A DNA stretch of 62,977 bases, the filler included, from Lenisia limosa (Eukaryota; Protista; Breviatea): NCBI GenBank assembly GCA_001655205.1. It is 10 parts of 10 records of this genome, joined end to end, with 100 filler letters (N's around TTAATTAATTAA, not from the genome) between each part and the next. Parts side by side here need not be neighbours in the genome. Positions count along the whole stretch, not along the records: positions 51,487 to 53,175 come from LPNZ01009165.1; positions 53,276 to 55,421 come from LPNZ01009452.1; positions 55,522 to 61,474 come from LPNZ01009720.1; positions 61,575 to 62,977 come from LPNZ01002710.1; 6 more parts are not named here. The stretch is one strand, 5' to 3'. This document shows, piece after piece, positions 51,487-62,045 of the stretch. Position numbers and translations under genes: made by a program. Below the pieces are notes generated by a model. The model did not search any database and was not told where the DNA came from. It was given only the letters and a program-made list of their open reading frames with translations. How positions within the stretch are numbered: position 1 is the first letter of the stretch; each line of letters starts with the position of its first letter.

Positions 51487-53175
51487 TTCGAGGCGCCACC
51501 AGTGTTTGAGGGGAGAGAGCCGTCGTGGATGGCAACGAGGAGCGTTCTGGTGTGATCGAGGACGATGTACATGTCCCTGACAGGCTCAATGTCACGGCGG
51601 AGCTGGGCGGGTTCCACTCCCACTGACTCTCCGATACCTTGACGGTCACAGATCAGGGGGGAAACGGTATGATAAGTTGCTCTTCATTTCACTGATAACC
51701 TACTAGACTAATCGATAGGTTTTTAATAACGTCCCTATTTTACTGGTCCATCCCCCCACTCTTCCAGACGGCGTCAAGGTCATTGACTTCGTCCATGTTG
51801 AGGAGGCAAGAGTACGGGCCGAACTTCTCCCAGGTCTCGTTAACGGGTGAAAGGTTGATCTGTTCCTCAAGATACTTGAGGGCGGGGCCGAAGACCTGAG
51901 AGGTTAACTGGGGTTGGAGATGCTNNNNNNNNNNNNNNNNNNNNNNNNNNNNNNNNNNNNNNNNNNNNNNNNNNNNNNNNNNNNNNNNNNNNNNNNNNNN
52001 NNNNNNNNNNNNNNNNNNNNNNNNNNNNNNNNNNNNNNNNNNNNNNNNNNNNNNNNNNNNNNNNNNNNNNNNNNNNNNNNNNNNNNNNNNAATTTACCAA
52101 AAAAATTCAGCACCACCAAAATCCAAATGTAAAAAGATTACAAATAAAAACACAATAAATAGTACCCAGGGCTTATTTCGAAAAAGACTGGTAAAATATC
52201 GATATTTATCGAGGATGTATCGAGAATTGCAGTCTTTTTTTTTGGGTCGAAGGGAGTACTAAATGACCCTCCCCCCACCTCAATGTAGGAGGTGACCGAG
52301 CCGTTGACCAGCCAGGGGATACGCTCGAGTCCGATACCCACGTCAATGACCTGAGGAGAGGGTGAATCAAGGCACCTACAAACCAAAAGAACGACACATA
52401 AACTTAACCGATACTCCTCTACCAATAATCTTTTCTCCAAATCCTCTCTCCTAATCCTAATCCTCTCTCTCCGATAATCCTCTCTCCTTGCGTACCTTGA
52501 CGGCAAGTTCCTCGCGAGTACCATCGTTGAAGGTCTTGTACTGCATGAACACCATGTTACCAACCTGGAGGGGGTGAAAAGGTGACATGGAAATGTGTAA
52601 AAAAGCACAACTAATGTAAGGTTAGGAGAGAGGGGAGCACGTGTCGAAACTCAAATCATCGAACACCCACATAGCTACATGTGTAAATATCTCAGAATCA
52701 GAAGAAAAGACCAAGATAACTGACACTCACGAATGCGTTTAAACAGAGCCCCACAAACTTCAAGGCCGCCGATGAAGTACTCCACTGAGGGGCCGAGGTT
52801 TCCTCCGCCAGCCCACACGTCCTAAAGTGACAGGTGAAGGGCCTCATTACTGTCCAATAATGACCGGCGGAATATCATTATCTATCCATGATTTATCGAG
52901 AAATTCAGTCTTATTGCTAGTCAGGGTGTTCAGTAGCATTCATTCATGTGTTTGGCTCATAGCATTGCGGAGAAGAAAAGGGCGAGACAGGGGTAACGGC
53001 AGGAACAATACCCACACCCCGTATTGTTGATTGAACAGCGATAAACCCTGAACTATCTCACCAGAATCGTAATTTTAATCTCAAAATCGATAGACAATGT
53101 AAATTGGTCACTGTATGTATACCCTGGAACACCAACCTCAATGAGGGTGATCTCGTCGGGGTCGATCTTGAGAGT
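51487..53175 (-). CDS. alaS: Alanyl-tRNA synthetase, archaeal type, multi-exon fragment
   Basis: TLKIDPDEITLIE|DVWAGGGNLGPSVEYFIGGLE|VGNMVFMQYKTFNDGTREELAVK|VIDVGIGLERIPWLVNGSVTSYIE|VFGPALKYLE...YSCLLNMDEV...DMYIVLDHTRTLLVAIHDGSLPSNTGGAS. The WAGGGNxGP and VFMQY motifs are characteristic of archaeal-type AlaRS. Confidence 0.9.
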
Positions 53176-53275
53176 NNNNNNNNNNNNNNNNNNNNNNNNN
53201 NNNNNNNNNNNNNNNNNNNTTAATTAATTAANNNNNNNNNNNNNNNNNNNNNNNNNNNNNNNNNNNNNNNNNNNN

Positions 53276-55270
53276 CCCTCGGTTCCGTCCTTAAACGCTT
53301 TCTCCACATCTGCAGTCCAACAAATCTGTTCAACTGCCAGGACGGCCTGAGCAGGCCTAGGGGAGGTGATGAAACAAAGGAAATTTAGATGGAGAAATAC
53401 CAACCAAGCTGGAGGGGAGTAAAATTGGAATATTTATGAAACAAATAAAAGCCCAAAATCAACTTTGTTGGCTGACATGACAACACACGAGGGTTGATAA
53501 CAACAAAANNNNNNNNNNNNNNNNNNNNNNNNNNNNNNNNNNNNNNNNNNNNNNNNNNNNNNNNNNNNNNNNNNNNNNNNNNNNNNNNNNNNNNNNNNNN
53601 NNNNNNNNNNNNNNNGAAGGAAATTTTGAAGAAGTATATCAGCGTAAAGGGGAGAGGGGGTACAGCCCACAAACCATGATAACAGCCACTCGTGTCTAGG
53701 TCTTCCATTCAATCTATCCTGTAACATGTCAGAGGAGTGCTAGAATACGAAAATCGAAACAGAGACTTCTTATATCAAATCGAAAGAGTCTTCTTTTCTC
53801 GAAACAGAGTCTTCTTTTATATCAATCCGAAAGAGTCATGTTATATGTATTTCGTGACGAAACAGAGTCATCTTATCCAATCAAAATAGACACTCAGCTA
53901 GAGCAAACATATTTTCCTTGCAATACCCCTGATATTATCACTTTTTTTTGTAACGTGAGCTTCCGTACGGTACTAAAAAAGACTGAATTTCTCGATAAAT
54001 CCTTGATAAACATCGATATTGTACCAGTCTTTTTCGGACCACAGGGAAGCAACAATTGCACCCAAAATGTGTGCAAACCTTAAGGCAATTGATGACCACG
54101 TGATGAATGGACTGCTTCATTCCAGCCTCCACTCCAACAAGCCACNNNNNNNNNNNNNNNNNNNNNNNNNNNNNNNNNNNNNNNNNNNNNNNNNNNNNNN
54201 NNNNNNNNNNNNNNNNNNNNNNNNNNTTAGTTACAGACGACGATTAAGAACAACAAGCCCAGGCCACACCGCATCCTTTCGAAAAATGGATTAGACAAAT
54301 CCATCCCTCCAATAAAGGATATTTACACTAAGGAAATTCACTCCAACAAACAAAGCCCAGGCCAGTACAGCACCTCCTCCCATCACACATACCGTGGGAA
54401 TGATCTTCTCGAGCAAGTCCACCTGCTCGCCCTCGGCTGACACCATAGCCAAAATGTGGTTCTCTTCACTGGAGGAGGGAGGGGGGGGGGGGNNNNNNNN
54501 NNNNNNNNNNNNNNNNNNNNNNNNNNNNNNNNNNNNNNNNNNNNNNNNNNNNNNNNNNNNNNNNNNNNNNNNNNNNNNNNNNNNNNNNNNNNNNNTTCCT
54601 GAGATGCGGCTGGACAGCACGGAGTTCTTTGGCGTCTGACAGGATCTGAAGCAACTCATCGTTGGCAAGGAAGTAGAATCTGGAGGGAGGGGAGGGGGGG
54701 TAAACGAAGAAAATTTCGATGAAGAATAATGGCGTAAAGGTACTAATCACCAGCTGAATAATCTGAACAAAAAAAAAATAAGCAAAAACAAACAGTGAAA
54801 TAAAAAACCCTAAATCAACTCTGTTGGCTGATGGGGGTGAAGATCGAGAGTAGGGGACAGAATTATTCAAAAGAGATGAACTGAAATTGATCTCAACTTA
54901 TATTGATGAAAATACAAATTAATAACTATGTTGCTGTCATTTTTTGTGTCCTTCTTTAGCTGAAATAAACTCTCATTAAACACACTGCTGCATTTAAGAT
55001 TCTTTGTTTTGTCTTGCTTAAAACATACCTGGGGAAGGCAGCGCGCTTAGCTTCAAGGTAGTCTGTAAGGCCTTTTTGAACCATATCAAGCAAACGCACA
55101 GCTTCACGGAACTGTATGGTAAGCACGCCCGAAAAGTATTCCACAAATACACCACTCAAGAATTACAATGATTTTGACATGAAGAAGGACATTCAGATGA
55201 CCCCATTCCTACCTGGTCACAAAGCTTGGGGGAACTGGTGAATTCGAGGGCGTGGGGCTGGGCCTGAGGG
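53276..55270 (-). CDS. Axonemal dynein heavy chain fragment (linker region before AAA1)
   Basis: FREAVRLLDMVQKGLTDYLEAKRAAFPR|FYFLANDELLQILSDAKELRAVQPHLR...ILAMVSAEGEQV...RHEWLLSW|PAQAVLAVEQICWTADVEKAF. QKGLxDYLExKR is typical of axonemal rather than cytoplasmic dynein. Confidence 0.9.
53757..53885. repeat. Short intronic tandem repeat (others at 32572-32625, 43090-43162, 49962-50040, 56936-57062)
   Basis: GAAACAGAG(A/T)C(T/A)TCTT...TCAA unit repeated about 3 times. Confidence 0.7.
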
Positions 55271-56671
55271 TGAAATGGGAGGAAAAACCAATGAATTAAG
55301 ATTATACAAAAAAATGAACGAAATTTCAATAAACGAAGATAATTTCAGTAAATGAAGAAATGTTTAAAACATGGAGAATTTTACAAAAGGTAATAAAATC
55401 ATCCCCCCTGCCCCACCTTAGNNNNNNNNNNNNNNNNNNNNNNNNNNNNNNNNNNNNNNNNNNNNTTAATTAATTAANNNNNNNNNNNNNNNNNNNNNNN
55501 NNNNNNNNNNNNNNNNNNNNNCACCTTCCAAAACCCGAAGTTGGCTTTCAAGCGGACTTACCTCGAAATCTCCACCGACTTCACCATAGACCCTTCCATC
55601 CTCAAAACAAATTAAACTTTGTTGAACATTGATGTAAAACTCTCTGTTTATTTCATCCTCAAAACTAAATATGTAAAAAAATTGATTATTCTATCCTCAA
55701 CTAACTTTATGGCTTATTACCATATCCAACAGCAACCTTATGCATAGGAGTTCTTTGTCATTTCAAATAAAAATGGAAGTGCTATTTTAAGTGCATTTGG
55801 GCTCTAATAGTACTATATCCTGAGTGATATAATAAAAATTCATAAACATTACAACAAAAAAAAAAAAACCAATCCGAACTATTTATAACATCCCAACTAC
55901 AACTANNNNNNNNNNNNNNNNNNNNNNNNNNNNNNNNNNNNNNNNNNNNNNNNNNNNNNNNNNNNNNNNNNNNNNNNNNNNNNNNNNNNNGAATAGCGTT
56001 AGAGCAGGAGATCCACCTTAAGCGCCCCCCAATACGGGCCTGCCACGAGACAGAGGGGATCGCTCGGGATCGGGTTGTCGTTTGTTGCAATCTAGAGACG
56101 TGGAATTTGTAAAAATCTAAGGGGGGAACAAAAAAATATACTATGACATGAAACCCCCTCAAAAAAATCAAACAAAACTCTTGAAAACAACAAAACAAAA
56201 CTAGCCCATCACTCCATGGTATTGGATTGAGGGAAGGACAAGACATAAAACGGGTATTAAAACAGAATTATAACCAAGTGTGTAATTAATTGAGANNNNN
56301 NNNNNNNNNNNNNNNNNNNNNNNNNNNNNNNNNNNNNNNNNNNNNNNNNNNNNNNNNNNNNNNNNNNNNNNNNNNNNNNNNNNNNNNNNNNNNNNNNNNN
56401 NNNNNNNNNNNNNNNNNNNNNNNNNNNNNNNNNNNNNNNNNNNNNNNNNGGCACGACGCGGCGTGGTTGAGTGCCCGTTTAATGCTAGGAAGCTTCAGAA
56501 GAGGGCCCATGAAGCTACACACTATCAGACTATGGTTTGCAAAAACATACTACGGCTTCAGTTCGAAAGAGAACCGTAAATATCGATATTTTACCTCGGT
56601 AAGGTATAGTGGATAAGGCACAGAGTTGAACATAATCAATATTTGCAAGTTTTGTTAATTGTTACAATACC

Positions 56672-56837
56672 TAGGACTTCACTTCAGTTCAAAAAAGAGC
56701 TGAATTTATTGATAAATCCTCGAAAACTATTGATATAATAAAGGTCTTTTTCGGACCGAAGTATAACAATTTCTTAAAAAATCCTCGAAAACTATCGATA
56801 TTATCAAGGTCTTTTTCGGACCGAAATGAAGACCTAC
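56672..56837. mobile_element. MITE family A copy with internal tandem duplication of its right half
   Basis: AAATCCTCGAAAACTAT(T/C)GATAT...AAGGTCTTTTTCGGACCGAA occurs twice before the final TIR. Confidence 0.75.
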
Positions 56838-57839
56838 ACACCATTCAGCGAGTTCGGGGCTTTCAGGCAGGGCATCATGACCTAGGACCACGGGCAGATT
56901 AAAGGTCCAACAGAGTAGCATGGCAACACTTTCTGAATACTGCTGCAGGCCTGGATATGGTAAATCTGTCGATAAGTAACATGTAGCTAAGTAGTAACGA
57001 TAAAAAACCAATACACCAGATATGAGGAAAATACTGCTACAGGTCTGGATATGGTTAATCCTATACCTCTATTTCTTGAAAAAAAGAAAAGAACCAACCT
57101 TCTAGCTTGGCACTACTGGGGACTAGATCTATGATCTCGAGGAACACCACAGACAGCACGTGTGAAATGATTGCATACTACAAAGAGTCACACTTAGCCA
57201 ACAGCGAAAATCCAATTTCCCCATAGTCAAAATCAAGTGGTTTGGCCAATTTTTGCTTGTTTTTGACAACAATATCCAAAATTCTGACACAGCCAACACC
57301 GTACATTCAGCCGTGTCACAGCTTCACCTTCAGTTCGAAAAGCCCAATCAGGTTAGTTTTTTTGCAGTAAAGTCTCTATTGAAACTAGAATCAAAGAGAG
57401 TAAAGTCTCTATTGAAACTAGGATCATAGCGATAGGTTTGCTCCCTCCTGGGTATTGGGAAATATCGCGGTGGTGCTTCGTTTTGATACAAACTGGGAAG
57501 GGTGTAGATACATAAGCATACCATATCGATATGTACAAAAAAAAAAAAAAATTAGTANNNNNNNNNNNNNNNNNNNNNNNNNNNNNNNNNNNNNNNNNNN
57601 NNNNNNNNNNNNNNNNNNNNNNNNNNNNNNNNNNNNNNNNNNNNNNNNNNNNNNNNNNNNNNNNNNNNNNNNNNNNNNNNNNNNNNNNNNNNNNNNNNNN
57701 NNNNNNNNNNNNNNNNNNNNNNNNNNNNNNNNNNNNNNNNNNNNNNNNNNNNNNNNNNNNNNNNNNNNNNNNNNNNNNNNNNNNNNNNNNNNNNNNNNNN
57801 NNNNNNNNNNNNNNNNNNNNNNNNNNNNNNNNNNNNCTC

Positions 57840-58050
57840 CACGATGGAATCCTAATAGCGATATTATTAATGGTGTTATTATTAGCAGTGATAATTGGCG
57901 ATGGAATCCTAATAGCGATAGTATTAATGGTGTTATTATACATGTATACATACATATATAGCAATAATAATTGGCGATGGAGTCCTAATAGCGATATTAT
58001 TAATAGTGATATTATATATAGCAATGATAATTGGCGATATTATTAATAGC
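57840..58050. repeat. AT-rich minisatellite, ~60-80-bp units, abutting a large gap
   Basis: GATGGA(A/G)TCCTAATAGCGATA(T/G)TATTAAT...ATAATTGGC repeated 3 times plus a partial unit. Confidence 0.8.
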
Positions 58051-58259
58051 AATATTATTAAAGAGTTCTAATTATGGTTTGGCTCAGGTTTAAAAAAGAT
58101 CGGTATCGCAATACATATCATCTACGTATATCGATGATTTATCGAGAAATTCAGCCATTTTCTGGACCTAAGTAAAGCCCCCGTTCTGGTTTATCATGAA
58201 ATAATAATAATAATAATAATAAAAACCGAATGAAATAAATAAAAATATATTTGGCTGGT

Positions 58260-58837
58260 ACAACCCAACTCACGATTGAGGGTTCACGAAGGCAGGAATA
58301 ACCCAGATGTCAGCGTGGGAGTTGATCTTAAAATGTCATACTCTTTTTAAGCGCAAGAAAAGACATTATTAAATAAATAACATTTACGGATACATTGTAA
58401 ATGATACGATATGTATACTCTCAAACAGATAATAAAGCAAAAAAAAAATACTTCTCTTACCAAAAATACAACTCTCCTCACTCTCCTCACTCTCCTCACT
58501 CTCCTCACAAGCAGATAATCGTGAGACGAGTCAAACCTCTCTTCTTTAACACACAAAAAGACAAGATAAAAAACAAACCTCTCTTCTTTAACACAGTAAG
58601 ATAAGTCAAAAACAAACCTTCTTTTTTAACACACAGAAAGACAAGCCAAAAACAAACATTCTTCTCTAACACACAGTAAAACAAGCCAAAAACAAACCTT
58701 CCTTCTTTAACACACACAAAGACAAGCCAAGAACAAACCTCTCTTCTCAGGCAGATAATCAGGCTCTGGAGGGCTTCGCCACTCATCCGCTGAACTTCTG
58801 CGGCGACTGTGGTGACCGTGTTGAGATGCTGCATTTT
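58260..58837 (-). CDS. Possible unknown gene, two exons
   Basis: MQHLNTVTTVAAEVQRMSGEALQSLIICLRRE|gtttg then ag|INSHADIWVIPAFVNPQ. Confidence 0.3.
58533..58750. repeat. ~40-44-bp tandem repeat, 5 units, intronic; (CTCCTCACT)4 adjacent at ~58473-58508
   Basis: Unit approx AAACCTCTCTTCTTTAACACACAAAAAGACAAGCCAAAAAC. Confidence 0.85.
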
Positions 58838-59814
58838 AGGCGGACTACATACGTGATGTGGGAGATAATGGGGAGTAAAAGCTGGCCGAGGAGCGGAGGC
58901 ATGCTAGTTTGTTTATGGTATCCCTATGTATTTATTTGTTTCCCTTGATTTCTAATGTACATAATAATATTTCTCTTGTTAAAAAAAAAAAGCTGCTTTA
59001 CGATGAAGCCAATTCTATGACACGCCAAAAGGCTGAATCAAACTACTACACCAAAGATCATGCTTCAAAGCTTAAAATACACAAAATACACCAAAAATAA
59101 AAAGCTCAAAAGACACAAATTGATTCCACATNNNNNNNNNNNNNNNNNNNNNNNNNNNNNNNNNNNNNNNNNNNNNNNNNNNNNNNNNNNNNNNNNNNNN
59201 NNNNNNNNNNNNNNNNNNNNNGAGTTAGCCTTCATATAATATACCATTGGGACCAGACCAGAAACCTAAGTCAGATTTTTGGCCTTAAGTCGGAGTTTCG
59301 GCAAAAGAATCCGACTTTCATCTCAATCAAAGAGTATTCTGTTATGATTTTTTGAAAAAAAAAAAAAAACAAACAAGAAATCTGATGATATTCATCCAGC
59401 CAACCTGAGGGAAACGCTGGATACTTCGCGGACCAGAAAGGACTTCCTTCCTACACCGCCTACAGACGCCAAGGTTGACCTGAGGCGTGAGCGCGAATAT
59501 GGTAATTTGTCTTCATGGCCCCATGTATTTATTTATCTGGGCTCTGATTTGCCTTTTGTTCCAACACCCCCCCTCCCCCCCTCAGGCCCTTCCTTTCCCA
59601 CCAATCTTTGATAAGTTCTGTTCTTCACATTATTATGAGGAGAGGTTTTGATAAGAGAGGTTTTGTTTTTTGCTTTATTATCTGTTTGAGATCATATCAT
59701 CACGAGGAGATGTGGGTACCAAGGATAACAGCCGATAGACATAATTAGATATTGAACCGGAAAATTTCGGTTCATTGGGAAGACCGACTTAACCAGAAGC
59801 ATTTTTCCAAGAAT

Positions 59815-60320
59815 ACCTAGGCCATTTTTTCGAGAGAATCCCAAGACTATTTTTTCAGAGAGTTCCTTGGCTATTATTTCAAAGAATTCCTTGGCTATTT
59901 TTCTAGAGAAGCCTTCTTACTCAGAAGCAGTGCTGACACCGGATTTGATACGATGCTTCTGGTGCATGGTCCGCAAGCCCGTTGAAATCTGATAGTTACA
60001 AAGGGGTTATTGAAACCTGATAGTTACAAAATGGTTATTGAAACCTGATAGTTAGTAGAAATGTTTTTTGAAGAGAGAAAAGAAGTCCGCCCGTTGAAAT
60101 CCAAGGGGAACTATTGGGAACTTGAAAGGTGAAACGGGACTAAAAAGGGAGATTAATGGAAACTATGTTGGGAGAAATCTGAACTAAACGGGGGGTTTGG
60201 AGGTAAAAATGTTTTTTGAAGAGAGAAAAGAAGTCCGCAAGCGAGTTGAAATCTCTGATAGTTACACGGGGGATTATTGGGAACTGAGCCATGAAAAAGG
60301 TGTGAAACGGAGGCTTATTG
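59815..60320. repeat. Composite degenerate tandem-repeat block
   Basis: ~23-bp CCTTGGCTATT(A)TTTC units, (GAAA(C/T)CTGATAGTTA)x3 and a duplicated AAATGTTTTTTGAAGAGAGAAAAGAAGTCCGC unit about 150 bp apart. Confidence 0.7.
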
Positions 60321-61844
60321 GAAGTAGAGCAGCAAAATATAAAAGAATTATTTTGCTTTCGGAGGATTATGAAAAGTAGCATATGCAAGTGAAACGACTC
60401 AATACAATGCTATTTCTGGGTTGGCATCCTTTGAAGTGCACTGACGTAACCCCACAAACAATATGAAGAACCTTGATAACTCGGACAAAAGACGGCAAGT
60501 TAAAGGACAACACCTTTCGAGAAAGACTGAAGAATGAGATAACTAAAATAAAAACAATAAAAAATTATAAAAAAAATTTGAGGAAATAAGTACTGATTAG
60601 GGAAAGGTATTGTAAAAATAAAAAACAGCACCTTTTGCGAAAGACAAAGGGTGAGAAGAGGTAGACTAAAGATCAAATACTGAGGATTAAAAAAAACAAA
60701 AAACAAAAAAAATATGAGTAAATAATATTACTAAATGTGACACAAAAACAAAAAAGAAATGATGATACCCGTTCTCAAGTAGGCCGCAAGTAGGGCTTCA
60801 ATTCGGTTCAAAAAAGACCTGTAATATATATCTGAGAGTAAATACACCCACAAGGCTTGGATCCATGCTACGACAGGATATGAGATGGCACAGGCAATGC
60901 GCAAAGGAACCAGGCTGTTTTCACTTGAAGTGGGGGCTTTGTAGAGAACATCGAAATACTAAATTGTGAGAAATGAGAATAGAGCAAGATGTTGGAAAAA
61001 AATTTGTTTGTAGAAAATTATTATATTGTTCCAGAAAACTACTAGAAAAGTGACAGGAAGTTATGACACAGTAGATGGAGCTTGTTTTGGCTTTTTTAAG
61101 AGCACGAAAATTCTATCATACTATTTGTACATGTATGTATGCACCGGTACATAAAATTAGAGAAGCTTAGCACTGAGAGCAAAAAATAATATATGATACA
61201 TAATATACATATGATAATTACCTCATTATCATATAAAATCTAAGGAAGCAAATATATTTTATTTTAGCTTTGCTGAGTGTATTACACATCTTGTATGATT
61301 AAGGCTTCCCTACAGTCAGAAAAAGACATTTTAAGAGAGATTCGGTCTTTTTGAGACCGAAGGGAACCCCGTATGGTATATATGATATATTATGTATAAT
61401 ATCAGATGTATTATATATAGTATATAGTATATATATCGTATGTACAGTATATATTATATATGCGTGTCCCGCTANNNNNNNNNNNNNNNNNNNNNNNNNN
61501 NNNNNNNNNNNNNNNNNNTTAATTAATTAANNNNNNNNNNNNNNNNNNNNNNNNNNNNNNNNNNNNNNNNNNNNGTCCACACCATCACGCTTCGACAGTT
61601 TTCGAGGGTTTATCGAGAAATCCAGTGCCTTGTTCGAGTAAAGCCCTTGAAGATTATATTTTGAAGCACATATCGATATTTTATCACAGTAATAAACGCA
61701 TTTCTACATTTCTAAGTTTAACGTGCTCTCATTTTTTCTAACAGTATTTACCCAAAAAGGTCCACCACAATGTCACGGACTTTGTCACCTTCGGACAGAC
61801 TGAGCTTCACTTCGCTTTTAGTTGGCAGGGCTTATTTTAGGAAA

Positions 61845-62045
61845 AAAACTTTTCCCAGAAAATTCACTGTATTTGTCCAAAACTACTGGAAAAGTGGAAA
61901 GATCCCGACTCCAGTGTTTTCCAATCGAATTCCCCCACGTTTTTTTTTGCTCGTGGTTGTCTTCCTTTTGTTACTCGGAGTTTTCTGTTGATTCGCCTTG
62001 CAAACTCGTGTTTTCCGGCCAGAAAACTCCTTGTAAAAAAATCAG
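61845..62045. repeat. Dispersed repeat family D (second copy 47787-47930)
   Basis: Shared TTTTCC(C)AGAAAATTCACTGTATTT..., CGTGGTTGTCTTCCTTTTGTTACTCGGAGTTTTCTGTTGA and GAAAACTCCTTGTAAAAAA on two different scaffolds. Confidence 0.75.
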
